Assembly: GCA_963842685.1 (NCBI GenBank)
Contig: CAWJHT010000043.1
Coordinates: 384-64,383, forward strand
DNA length: 64,000 nt
DNA from: an uncultured delta proteobacterium
Lineage (GTDB): Bacteria; Desulfobacterota; Syntrophia; Syntrophales; UBA5619
Direction of reading: 5' to 3'
Shown: piece after piece, positions 1 to 13,687 of the stretch
Numbering within the stretch: position 1 is the first letter of the stretch
How the letters are laid out: every line of letters begins with the position of its first letter
Notes under the pieces: model-generated
Told to the model about the DNA's origin: nothing
Database searches by the model: none
What the model saw: the letters and a program-made list of their open reading frames with translations, nothing else
Made by a program: the position numbers and the translations under genes

Positions 1-314
1 TTGCTGATAAGTATCGGCGGTCATCCTAATGAATAGTTATTGTAATCGTTGGGGAATTTTCATCGCATATGATTGCATAGAAGTTGAAGATAACCCAATA
101 AAATCAACTGGCACATGCTTCACTTCCTCAGTTTATACACAGGTTTTCCACAATTTTGTTCAAAACAACGGGAGAAATCATCATTTTGTTTAGGGACAGG
201 AGGTTGCTAGGAGATGGAGGCAAAGTATTTAAGGTTGCTCAGGGAAATCTTGAAATTATTAGAATAATATATGATGGAGGGTACAATGACAACCGACCAA
301 TTCATAAGACATCA

Positions 315-590
315 TCATATTTGAATGAGGTCAAATAACCAAATGGCCCTTTCTTGGTCGATATTTTTCAGAACAGTATATTCTCGCAAAGCAGCATCTT
401 TATCCTTCAGTATGAGGTACGTAATTGCAAGATTATAATGGGCCTCTGCGTGGTCAGGTTTTAACAGTATCGCCTCTTTGAATGCCTTGATGGCCTCTCG
501 GTGCTTGCCCGATTTACCATAAGTAAGGCCGAGATCATTGTGAGCCTGTGCGTTGTCAGGTTGTATCTGTAAGGCCTGTTCTTGGTGCAT
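315..590 (-). CDS. TPR-repeat protein (short; may be incomplete at its 5' end)
   Basis: 91-aa ORF built of consecutive 34-residue TPR-like units (AQAHNDLGLTYGKSGKHREAIKAFKEAILLKPDHAEAHYNLAITY). The frame stays open and TPR-like for ~20 codons upstream of the ATG. AT-rich codon usage differs from the DNA to its right. Confidence 0.6.
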   Translation of the reverse strand: MHQEQALQIQPDNAQAHNDLGLTYGKSGKHREAIKAFKEAILLKPDHAEAHYNLAITYLILKDKDAALREYTVLKNIDQERAIWLFDLIQI

Positions 591-828
591 TCCTAATTCT
601 CCGTTGGGAAGGTTCAGATTATAATGAGCCTGTTCAATATTGTCAATATGAAATGTAGTGCGTAATCTCGAAAATGCGAGGAGTCTTATTTTTCAAGTAT
701 CCACGGATTGCCAATCACTGGTTTGTGGAGTATATTAACTATCGATTCCGGGTAATGCATTGATGCAAAACACTGGAACACAAGTGAAAAAATAGTGATG
801 GTCCATATCGATCAGGAGGTATTCGGTC

Positions 829-1092
829 ATGGGGCGATCCAAGGGCCAGTCCTTCGAGCTTAAGGGCATGGTGGCGCCGCTCACGGTCTTGCGCCTGCTT
901 TCTAATGATGTGGCGCTGATCAACAAGCAACTGCGCACCAAGGTGGCGCAGATGCCCCAGTTCTTCCAGGGCGCCCCCGTGCTGCTGATCTCGGGCCCTG
1001 GGCGATGACGCCAGTCGACTGCCGTTCGGGGAATTGGCAGCGAGTATTCGCACCTGCAAGATGGTTCCCGTGGCGATCACCAATGCCGACGA
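829..1092 (+). pseudogene. minC: MinC septum-site determining protein, N-terminal ~88 codons only (one frame break near 990; C-terminal domain absent)
   Basis: AGGAGG lies 8 nt upstream of ATG 829. MGRSKGQSFELKGMVAPLTVLRLL..KVAQMPQFFQGAPVLL, then in another frame LGDDASRLPFGELAASIRTCKMVPVAITNADD, fits the MinC N-terminal domain pattern. The sequence then continues directly into PstC-like sequence. Confidence 0.55.
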
Positions 1093-1094
1093 CG

Positions 1095-1961
1095 ACACGC
1101 GCGCGCGCGGCGCTGTTCGTGAGCCAGTTCGCGCCGCTGCGCCTGCGCCAGGTCGCCAAGCCGGTGGTCGAGCTGATGGCGGCGCTGCCGTCGGTGGTGG
1201 TCGGGTTCCTGGCGGCGCTGCTCCTCGCGCCGGTGCTCCAGCGCCACATCGTTGGCATGCTGGCGCTCCTCGTCCTGATCCCCGCGGTGGTCGTCGCGGC
1301 GGCGGCCGCCTGGGAGGCGCTGCCGGCGGGCTGGCGCCGCCGCACCACGGGCTGGCGAGACTGGGCCTCGTGGGCGTGCTGCTGACGGGAGTGACCGTCG
1401 TGTGCTTCGCCCCGAGGGCGCGCTCGAGCGGGCCCTGTTCGCCGGCGACTTCAAGGCGTGGCTGCTCGCCGCCGCCGGCGTCACCTACGACCAGCGCAAC
1501 GCGGTGGTGGTCGGCTTCGCCCTCGGGTTCGCGGTGATCCCGATCATCTTCACCCTCGCCGAGGACGCCTTCTCCAACGTGCCGCCGCGCCTGATCTCCG
1601 CCTCGCTGGCGCTCGGCGCGACCCGCTGGCAGGCGGCGCGCACGGTGGCGATCCCGGCCGCCAGCCCGGGCCTGTTCGCGGCGGTGATGACCGGTTTCGG
1701 CCGGGCCGTCGGCGAGACGATGATCGTGCTGATGGCGACGGGCAACACGCCGATCCTCTCGTTGTCGCCGTTCGACGGGATGCGGACGATGTCCGCGTGC
1801 ATCGCGGTCGAGCTGCCCGAGGCGCCGTACGGCGGCAGCCTGTACCGCGTGCTCATCCTCACCGCGCTGCTGCTCTTCGCGATGACGTTCGTGCTCAACA
1901 CCGCGGCGGTCGTGGTGGCTCGACCCGGCTGCGCAAGCGCTTCGGGAGGCTGGCGGCATGA
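1095..1961 (+). CDS. pstC: phosphate ABC transporter permease PstC, 5'-truncated and frame-disrupted
   Basis: ALFVSQFAPLRLRQVAKPVVELMAALPSVVVGF and FALGFAVIPIIFTLAEDAFSNVPPRLISASLALGATRWQ..GRAVGETMIVLMATGNTP (PstC-type EAA region) are spread over several forward frames. No N-terminus or start codon is present. Confidence 0.7.
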
Positions 1962-3586
1962 GCGCGGTGCGCCGCTGGCTCGCCGAGGGCACCGCCCAGC
2001 GCTGGCTCGACCGGCGCGCGCGCTCCTGATCGCGCTCGCGATGATCGTCGGCCTGGTCGCGGTGGTCGTGGACGTCGCGGGCGGCGTTCTTCTGGCCGCG
2101 CCCGCTCGTGGAGCTCGACGCTCACCGACGGCAGCAAGGTGCTCGGCGAGGAGTGGGACCGCGAGCCCGACCCGACCAGTGCCCGGCAGCACGCGCGTGC
2201 GCATCAAGGTCGGCAACCGCGACCTCTCGGGCGCCGACTTCCGCTGGGTCCGCGAGAGCGAGATCGTGCGCGAGCCGCGTGCCGGCCGACGCCTGGCTGC
2301 TCGAGCGGCGCGAGTACGGCAACTTCTACGGCTTTCCCGCGCCGCCTCGAGGCCGAGAGCGCCTCGCTCGCCGCGGCGACCCGGACTTCGCGGCCGACGC
2401 TGCAGCGCGTGGTCGACCGAGGCCCGCCGGCTGCTCGAGGAGGAGCGCAGCCTGCTGCGCCGGGTCGACCGCCAGCACGCCCCGGTCGCCAGGTTGATGG
2501 CGCGGGTGGCCGGCGCCCAGCGGCGCGGGGCGGACACCGCGAGAGCTGGAGCGGCAGGCTCGCCGCGGCGCAGGCCCGCGGAGGACGAGGCGACTCGCCC
2601 CGCAACTGGAGCGGCTCGTCGCGGTGCGCGAGGCGCCTCGCTCACGGGAACGCTGGTGATGGCCACGGCCGACGGCCGCGAGAAGGCGATCCCGGTTTCC
2701 GCCATCGTCCGTGCGGTGCCGGCAAACGCCCTGAGCGGCCGGCAGAAGCTCGGGCTCTACCTCGCGCGCTGGTGGGAGTTCCTCGCCGGGGCAGCCGCGC
2801 GAGTCGAACACCGAGGGCGGCATCTTCCCGGCGATCTTCGGCACCGCCCTGATGGTGCTGCTGATGACGGTGGCGGTGGTGCCGCTCGGCGTCGTCACCG
2901 CGGTCTACCTCAACGAGTACGCCCGCGACAGGGCCGTTCACCAACGCCGTGCGGCTCGCCCTCGCCAACCTCGCCGGGGTGCCGTCGATCGTGTTCGGCG
3001 CCTTCGGCCTCGCGTTCTTCGTCTACACGCTCGGCGGCAGCATCGACCGGCTGTTCTTCTCCGACGTGCTGCCGACGCCGACGTTCGGCACCGGCGGCAT
3101 CCTGTGGGCCTCGCTGACGCTGGCGCTGCTCACGGTCCCGGTGGTCGTGGTGGCGACCGAGGAGGGGCTGCAGTCGGTGCCCCAGGCGGTGCGCGACGGC
3201 GCCCGCGCCCTCGGCGCGACGCGCTGGCAGACGCTGCGCCGCGTGGTGCTGCCGTACGCCGCGCCCGGGCATCCTGACCGGCGCGATCCTGGCGGTCGCG
3301 CGCGGCGCCGGCGAGGTGGCGCCGCTCATGCTCACCGGCGTGGTCAAGCTGGCGCCCGACCATGCCGTTCGACCGGATTCCGCCGTTCCTCCACCTCGAT
3401 CGCAAGTTCATGCACCTCGGGTTCCACATCTACGACGTCGGCTTCCAGTCGCCCAACGTCGAGGCGGCCAAGCCGATGGTGTACGCGACCGTGCTGGTGC
3501 TGCTCGTGCTCGTGGTCGTGCTCAACCTGGCGGCGATCGCGCTGCGCAACCGGCTGCGCCGCAAGCTGCGGGGGTCGGCGGTATGA
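1958..3586 (+). CDS. pstA: phosphate ABC transporter permease PstA (long N-terminal extension), multiple frame disruptions
   Basis: ATGA start/stop overlap with pstC. The N-terminal part contains RIKVGNRDLSGADFRWV and AWLLERREYGNFYGF. The core contains LANLAGVPSIVFGAFGLAFFVY..ATEEGLQSVPQAVRDGARALGATRWQTLRRVVLP, and the C-terminus KPMVYATVLVLLVLVVVLNLAAIALRNRLRRKL. Fragments lie in all three forward frames. Confidence 0.7.
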
Positions 3587-4354
3587 GCGCGCCAGCGCCG
3601 CGCTGGCGACGCGACGACCTGGTGGCAGGCTTCGACGACCACGGAGGTGCTGAAGGGGATCACGGTGCGAGATCCCGCCCCGCGGCGTCACCGCGCTGAT
3701 CGGCCCGTCGGGGTGCGGGAAGTCGACGCTGCTGCGCTGCTTCAACCGCATGAACGACCACCTCGCCGGGTTCTTCCGCCGGGGCGAGGTGCTGGTCGAG
3801 GGCCGCGACGTCTACGATCCCTCGTGGCCGCTGGAGGCGCTGCGCTTCCAGGTCGGCATGGTGTTCCAGAAGCCGAACCCGTTCCCGCTGTCGATGCGCG
3901 AGAACGTGCTGTTCGGGCCGCGCGCTCGCCGGCGTGTCGCGACAGCGACGACGCTCGAGGAGATCCTGGTGCGCTCGCTGCAGCGCGCCCAACCTGTGGG
4001 ACGAGGTCAAGGACCGCCTCGACGCCTCGGCGCTCGAGCTCTCCGGCGGCCAGCAGCAGCGGCTGTGCATCGCCCGGGCGCTCGCCTCGTCACCGGACAT
4101 CCTGCTGCTCGACGAGCCGGCCTCGGCGCTCGACCCGATCGCCACCGCCAAGCTCGAGGAGACGATCCGCGAGCTGGCCGAGGAGGTCACCGTGCTGCTC
4201 GTCACGCACAACCTGCAGCAGGCGGCGCGGGTCGCCCACCGGACGGCCTTCCTCTACCTCGGCGAGCTGGTCGAGGAGGGAGAGACAACGCAGCTCTTCT
4301 GCGGCACCGCGCGAGAAGCTGACCGAGGAGTACGTGACCGGACGTTTCGGCTAG
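3583..4354 (+). CDS. pstB: phosphate import ATP-binding protein PstB (copy 1), frame-disrupted
   Basis: Walker [33 protein letters not shown], signature [15 protein letters not shown], Walker [23 protein letters not shown], and C-terminal YVTGRFG. The motifs are split over the 3647, 3750 and 3934 ORF fragments. ATGA overlap with pstA. Confidence 0.8.
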
Positions 4355-4362
4355 GAGTGGCC

Positions 4363-5042
4363 ATGCTGAAAAACCACTTGGAGCACGACCTCGAGGAGCT
4401 GAAGAAGCTGCTGCTGACCATGGCCGGCGAGGTGGAGCGCCAGCTCGACCTCGCCGTCCGCGCGCTGGTCGAGCGCGACAGCGACCTCGCCGCAGCAGGT
4501 CATCGCCGGGGATGAGCGTCATCGACCGGCGCGAGATCGAGGTCGACCACCGGGTGATCGAGCTGATCGTGCGCGACCGGCCGATGGCACGCGACCTGCG
4601 GCTGGTGATGACGGCGATCAAGATCGCGCCGGACCTCGAGCGGGTGGCCGACCACGCGGTGAACATCGCCGACCAGGCGATCGTCGCTCAACCGGGTGCC
4701 GCCGCTCAAGCCGTTCATCACGATGCCGCGCATGGCCGACGCGGCGACCGGCATGGTCCGCGACGCCATCGGGGCGTTCGTCCACGGCGACTCCGCTCGC
4801 GGCGCGCGCAGGTCATCGCCAGCGACGATGCCGTCGACGCCATGCACGAGCAGATCTTCCGCGAGCTGCTCACCTACATGATGGAGGATCCCACGACCAT
4901 CCCGCGCGCGCTGGCGCTGCTGCTGGTCGCCCGCTCCCTCGAGCGGATCGCCGACCAGGGGACGAACATCGCCGAGCAGGTCGTGTACCTGGTGGAGGCG
5001 CGAGGACATCCGGCACCGGCACGGCGAGGGGCCCGGCGAGGC

Positions 5043-5046
<4 letters not shown>
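4363..5046 (+). CDS. phoU: phosphate signalling accessory protein PhoU, frame-disrupted (about four frame changes)
   Basis: [93 protein letters not shown], and [52 protein letters not shown] show the two PhoU repeats. Confidence 0.8.
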
Positions 5047-8194
<3,148 letters not shown>

Positions 8195-8223
8195 GCCGCG
8201 GCACGTCCCCGTTGAGACAGCAA

Positions 8224-8244
8224 GGCTCCCCGCACAGGGGAGCC
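8224..8244. terminator. GC hairpin between convergent kinase and rpsA ends
   Basis: Perfect 8-bp stem GGCTCCCC / GGGGAGCC with a 5-nt loop. No U-tract on either side. Confidence 0.4.
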
Positions 8245-8268
8245 TCCGGTCACACGACACCGGTTGAC

Positions 8269-9701
8269 CTAATCGTGCTTGTCCTTGAGAGCCTTCATGA
8301 GGGCGGCGCCGAACGCGGTCACCTCCGGCTTGCGCTCCGCCTTCTTCTCTTCCGTCCAGCGACGGTACTCCTTGACGCCTTGCCCTCCTTGGCCTTCTTG
8401 ACGGAGAGCGAGATGCGCTTTCGCTCGGGGTCCACGGAGAGCACGGTGGCCGAGACGCGGCTACCGGGGACGAACGCAGCGGCCAGGTCGCCTCCCTTGG
8501 GGACGTCGGTCTCCGAGGCGGGGATGAGCGCGGTGAGGCCGGGCTCGAGCTGAACGAAGACGCCGAAGTTGGCGGTGCGCTCCACGAGCCCTTCGACCGC
8601 CGTGTCGAGCGCGTACCGTTCGGAGGCATCGAGCCCAGGGGTCGTTCACGGCGACCTCGCGCAGAGTCAGCGACAGGCGACGGCGCTCGAGGTCGCAGCT
8701 CCCGCACCCACCCGCGGACCGGGGTGCCGGGGACCAGCGTCTCGTCATCCAGCTTCATGCCCGGGCGGCAACTGGGAGACGTGGATGAGCCCGTCCACGC
8801 CGGGGAGCAGCTCGACGAACACGCCGAAATCGGTCTTTCGTGCGACGGTCCCCTCGAACGGGGCACCGGCGGCAAAATGCGTCCGGAACCTCGGCCCACG
8901 GGTCCGGCTCGAGCGCCTTCACCGACAGGGCGATGCGTCCCTTCTCGCGGTCGGCCTCGAGGACCTTGCACGCGGACGGTGTCGCCGACCTTGGCGATCT
9001 GCGACGGGCGAACGCCTGAAGCGGTGCGACAGCTCGCTGACGTGCACCATGCCGTCCACGCCGCCGAGGTCCACAAAGACCCCGAAATCACGCACGCTCT
9101 TGATCTTGCCCTCGATCTCCATCCCCGGGGAGATGCGGCCCCACGCCTCGTTGGTGGCGGCGTCGCGCTCGTCCTTGAGGACCAGCGTGCGGGAGACCAC
9201 CAGGGACGAGAGATCGTCGGCAAGCTCGGTGATGCGGAACAGGAAGCTCTTCCCCAGGTAGGCGTCGCACGTTGCGGGGGAAGCCGAGGTCGATCTGCGA
9301 CATCGGGCAGAACGCTCGCAGGCCGGCGATCGAGACGTCGTAGCCGCCCTTGTTGCGCCCCGTCACCTTGCCGTCGACCGGGACGCCGTTGTCGTAGGCG
9401 CCGCGCAGCGCCTCACGCTCACGCCGCTCGATGGCGAGCTTGTGCGAGACGCGCAACTCGGGGGAGAGCGCGATGATGACGGCGTCCAGGCCGTCCCCCG
9501 GGCCGGAGCTCCCCGAGCTCGGTGCGGTCCATCACCGCCTCGGACTTGCCGCCCGACGGAGACGAGAGCGATGTCGCCGTGCACCGCCATGATGGTGCCG
9601 GTGACGAGCTGGCCGATCTCGAACTCTTCTTGTTGGAAGGACTGTGCCAGGGCCTCGGCGAAGCTCTGGTTGTCCGCGGTTCGGTTCTTCTCCTTGATCA
9701 T
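8269..9701 (-). CDS. rpsA: 30S ribosomal protein S1, heavily frame-disrupted
   Basis: S1-domain motifs in order on the minus strand: [24 protein letters not shown]; [31 protein letters not shown]; [32 protein letters not shown]; [37 protein letters not shown]. They are split over many minus-strand ORF fragments. Confidence 0.75.
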
Positions 9702-9846
9702 ACGCACATCCTTGCCGCCTGGTCCTGCTCCAGGCGCAGCCTCTCGGGCTGAGCCACGCATTCTACACCCATTCCGGCGATAGCGCCCGCAGGGTGTCAC
9801 GGATCCACCACGGTATGCTTCCGCGATGGGGTGCGGAGGTGCTCAG

Positions 9847-10415
9847 ATGAAGGATAGGAACGATCGGGTCCGCATCGGGGTTTCGTCCTGCCTGCTCGGC
9901 GCGAAGGTGCGCTTCGACGGCGGGCACAAGAAGGACGACTTCCTCGTCAACACCTTCGGGGAGTGGGTGCAGTGGGTCCCGGTCTGCCCGGAGGTCGAGG
10001 TCGGGATGGGCACCCCGCGCGAGTCGGTCCGCCTGGTGCGGAAGGACGCTGACGTCCGCATGGTCGCCCCCAAGAGTGGGAAAGACTGGAGCGAGGCGAT
10101 GCGGACTTACTCCGCGCAGCGTGTGGAGAAGCTCGCGACTTCCGAGCTCTCGGGCTACGTGCTCAAGAAGGACTCACCGAGCTGTGGCATGGAGAGGGTC
10201 AAGGTCTACGGCGACGGGATGCCGACCAAGTCGGGTCGTGGGGTGTTCGCCGAGGCGCTGCTGGCACGCTTGCCCAACCTGCCGGTGGAGGAGGAAGGTC
10301 GGCTGTGCGACCCGAGGCTGCGCGACAACTTCGTCGAGCGGGTGTTCGCCTACCATCGCCTGCGGCAGTTCTTCTCCGGCCGCTGGACGGTGGGTGGCCT
10401 GGTGGCGTTTGCGGA
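9847..10415 (+). pseudogene. DUF523 (TudS-like) + DUF1722 protein, 3'-truncated
   Basis: RIGVSSCLLGAKVRFDGGHKKD..WVPVCPEVEVGMGTPRE..DSPSCGMERVKVY (DUF523 Cys pattern), then RDNFVERVFAYHRLRQFF..RWTVGGLVAF (start of DUF1722). Protein-like sequence stops at ~10411-10426, where the composition changes. Confidence 0.65.
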
Positions 10416-10424
10416 TGCCATGCG

Positions 10425-11948
10425 CCGCCGAAGAGCTTTACCAGGCGCAGTCGGTACGATTCCAGCTCGGCAATCCGCTTGGCGAGAGCGGGTTCATCCA
10501 CAGCTGCCCCCCGGCCGATGTCTCGGGCAACGAAGCAAATCCCGGCCACAAGCAGAAATCCTTCGGCATACAGTTCGTAGTATTCGAGGGTGCGCTTCAA
10601 CTCGGCGAACAGACCGTTTCGCTCCGTTTTGAAGCCGCTCAGCCGCTTTTTGAAGGTACGAATCTCTTCCAGCGCCTCTCTCTTTTCCGCTTCGACTTCG
10701 GCGGCGGAGATCCGGTCGAGTTCATTTTTCCTCGACGGCTGCCAGTCGTAGAGCGAATGGCCTCTCTTCCATCGTCCACCAGGCGCGGGCGATGCTCATG
10801 GGAAACATGCTCGAATCGTGAAACACATGGTCGCCGACGTAGATGGTTTTCCTGATCAGGTCCCAGGACCGATCCAGGAATAACCGGAAAAAAGCCTTTT
10901 CTTCCGGCGAAAGAACCTGCCCGCGCTCGGCCAGCCAAGTTTCCATGATCGCGTCCGGATCGGCCGCGCCGTCGCGGCTGTAAGCTGCGGCATACATGAG
11001 ATTCAGTCTGTTCAGGGTGTCCAGGCAGTATAGATCGTTTATCCTTTCCCATTCGACCCTGAACACGCCGCCGCTCACCCCGCGGGCCATAGCGAAATCC
11101 AGACGACGGCGCAAATCGGCGTGGACGAAGGCCGGGAAAATCCCCCAGCCGAAATATTGGCCGTTGACGTCGTATTCGATCCACTGCCGCCGTTTCAGCC
11201 GGCCTAAAACTTCATTGTCCGGAAAGGTCAGGTAGAAATCGTGCGGGGTGACTTTGGCGCAGAAAATGATGTCCGGCGGGGAAGTTTCGAGCGCCTGCAC
11301 GATGGCGCGTTGATGGTCGGGCTTGTAGGAAAACTCGCGCACGGCCAGCTCGATGCCCCCGGCCGCGAGCGGCTTATGGACGGCGGCGATGATGGCGCGA
11401 TACCAGTCGGTCATGTCGGTCGCAACGCAGGTCGGGCAGCCGCATTTGCGCTGGGACAGGCTCGAACGGCCTTCGGGCGAACCGGGGCTCAGGATGATCC
11501 CCTTCAAACCCGGAAAATCACGGACCAGTTCGGCGTATTTCGTTTCGATGTAGTCAAACCAGACCGGCTCGGTCGGACAGACAATCCCGTTCTTGATCAG
11601 TTGTGGAAAGCGCTCCAGGATCTCGTCGGAGAACGTCAGCTCCTTCAGCTCCAGCCACAACCCCACGCCGTAGTCTTCGGCCAGACGCAAAAGCGAACGG
11701 ATATAGATCCGATCGTTATGGATGGCATTTTCGCCCCGGCGCAGAGGCGTGTCCTTCCAGGGGCCGAAGGCGTCGAAATAGGCGGTCGGAAACACAATCC
11801 GGTTGGTCATGTCGGATTCGTGCAGCACGAGCCCATTCATGCCGTAGCTTCTGATCGCCTCGAGAGCCCGGCGCACCTTGACGACGTCCCAGATCGAGAC
11901 GCCGTGCAACTCGAGAGCCCGGAAATCGAAACTCCTGCCGGGATTCAT
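10425..11948 (-). pseudogene. uncharacterised protein X2 (paralogue of X1), 3'-truncated, one frame break near 10750
   Basis: The 415-aa ORF plus a downstream frame (..YDWQPSRKNELDRISAAEVEAEKREALEEIRTFKK..YYELYAEGFLLVAGICF..ELESYRLRLVKLFGG) aligns along its length with X1. ATGA overlap with the X1 stop. It ends without a stop at the composition switch. Confidence 0.6.
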
Positions 11949-13627
11949 ACCGCCGGCTCCTTTCCGCACGCGGCGCGCAGGCTTTCGGCCGCGTCCATGG
12001 CCAGGCTCTCAAGCCGGTGGTGGTCGAGCAGCCAGTAGACATAGTGCGGATAATCCGTACCGGTCAGGCGCGCGGCGAGCTTTTTCGAAAAATCTTCGAG
12101 CCCGGAGATCGCGGCTTTGGCCCGCCTCGTGTCCTCTTCGTCCGAGGTTTGCGTCGCAAGCCGGGTCAGATAACACACACGCGCACAGTGCGAAAAACCT
12201 TCCACGTAATAGCCATACAGGTCCAGCATTTCCCGCAGTTCGGCCGCGAGCTCCGCGTCCAGGCCGAGCCGATCCGGATCGAGGATGCCGGGCAAGGCGG
12301 CCGCTTCGCGCACGGCCGCCTCCTTCTCCGCCAGAATGATCGCGATGTTGTCCGCGTTGACCGCCACCAGGGCCGAGGCGCCCGGCTTCCAGTCGTCCAT
12401 TCCGTGTATCTTCACCATTTCATCGAAGCCCTTCCCGATGGTATCCGGGAACATGCAGTCCTCGTTGAAGACATGGCCGCGGATGAAAACCGTTTTTTCG
12501 ATCACCGACCAGGAGGCGCGCATGAAGTCGCGCAGCTTTTCGAAAGCGCGCGGGTTCGCCGGGACTGAAGGCCGGCAAAGGCTGGAGCCGGATTTGAGGG
12601 CCGATCGCAGACCCCGGGCCGCCCAGCTCCGGTAAATGTCGTCGAGCCCGGCATCCAGGTCGGAGGAGAGCGCCGCTCCGGCGAATACATTGAGCATGTT
12701 CAAACTGTTGAACGAACTGCCTTCGGTGATCACCTCCCAATCGGTGCGCAGGCTGATCCCGATCGCGCCTTCGGCACGGCAATGCAGCATGCGCCGCTGC
12801 ATGTCCTCGACCACGCCGGCAGGAAAGAAGCCCAGACCGTAGAACTGGCCCCAGGTGTCGAACTCGATCCATTGGCGCAGTCCGCCGACCCGGCCGATGG
12901 CCGGATTGTCCGGGAAGGTGGGGTAATAGTCGTGCGGGGTGTTCTTGAGCGAGATGACGATGCGGTCGGAGCATTTTGCGGCGGCCCGGATCATGTGTCC
13001 CTGCTGATCGGCGGAATAGGAAAAATCCCGCACGGCCAGCAGCTTGCCGCACGCATCGAGCGGCTTAAATATCGTTTCGAGCAGCCGGGCGTACCAGTCG
13101 ACGGGGGCGGTCGCGCGGCAGGCTGGGCAAGCGCAAGTGTTGGTTGAAATGGAGACTTTGCTCTCGCGTGTTCCGGGGCTGACCACCACACCGGCCAGAC
13201 CGGGGACGACCGCCAGCAATTCGTTCATCTTTTCGCCCAGGAACTCCCACCAGAAGGGATTGTTCGGGCAAAAGGACCCGTCCGGATTCCGCAGGCGCGG
13301 AAAAAATTCGATCAACCCGTCCGGAAACCACAGCTCCTTTACCTGGAGAAAGAACTTGATTCCGCGCGCCGAGGCGGCCCGCACCACCTTGTTGATATAT
13401 TGCCGATTGTTTTCGATGGTATGAAGCCTGACCGGCCAGCGCTTCAGCATGAGCTCGTCGGGAAAATACCGCGTGGGAACCACCAGTTGGTCGATCAAGT
13501 CGTTCTGGTGGAAGATGAGTCCATTCAGGCCGTGCGCGGCCATGAAATCCAAGGCTTCCTCCACCTGGGCCCACTGCCACATGCGGGAACTGTGAAATTC
13601 GAGATTTCGAAAAGTAAATTGGTTCAC
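11945..13627 (-). CDS. uncharacterised protein X1, possibly (beta/alpha)8 glycosidase-like; family not recognised
   Basis: Intact 560-aa ORF. Shares with X2 the blocks GLNGLIFH, CxCPxC (TNTCACPACRA), NTPHDYYPTFPDN, QWIEFD..GQFYG..FFPA and a helical C-terminal third. Confidence 0.6.
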   Translation of the reverse strand: MNQFTFRNLEFHSSRMWQWAQVEEALDFMAAHGLNGLIFHQNDLIDQLVVPTRYFPDELMLKRWPVRLHTIENNRQYINKVVRAASARGIKFFLQVKELWFPDGLIEFFPRLRNPDGSFCPNNPFWWEFLGEKMNELLAVVPGLAGVVVSPGTRESKVSISTNTCACPACRATAPVDWYARLLETIFKPLDACGKLLAVRDFSYSADQQGHMIRAAAKCSDRIVISLKNTPHDYYPTFPDNPAIGRVGGLRQWIEFDTWGQFYGLGFFPAGVVEDMQRRMLHCRAEGAIGISLRTDWEVITEGSSFNSLNMLNVFAGAALSSDLDAGLDDIYRSWAARGLRSALKSGSSLCRPSVPANPRAFEKLRDFMRASWSVIEKTVFIRGHVFNEDCMFPDTIGKGFDEMVKIHGMDDWKPGASALVAVNADNIAIILAEKEAAVREAAALPGILDPDRLGLDAELAAELREMLDLYGYYVEGFSHCARVCYLTRLATQTSDEEDTRRAKAAISGLEDFSKKLAARLTGTDYPHYVYWLLDHHRLESLAMDAAESLRAACGKEPAV

Positions 13628-13687
13628 CCTACGCTCCCATGTGCGGAACCGTCCACGCGGACCAAGCCGCGCGGACGGCCTCCTGTC

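Noticed and set aside
156-338. 60-aa plus ORF at the left edge.
   Set aside because: It has no RBS or recognisable motif, lies in AT-rich DNA, and overlaps the 3' end of the TPR gene on the other strand.
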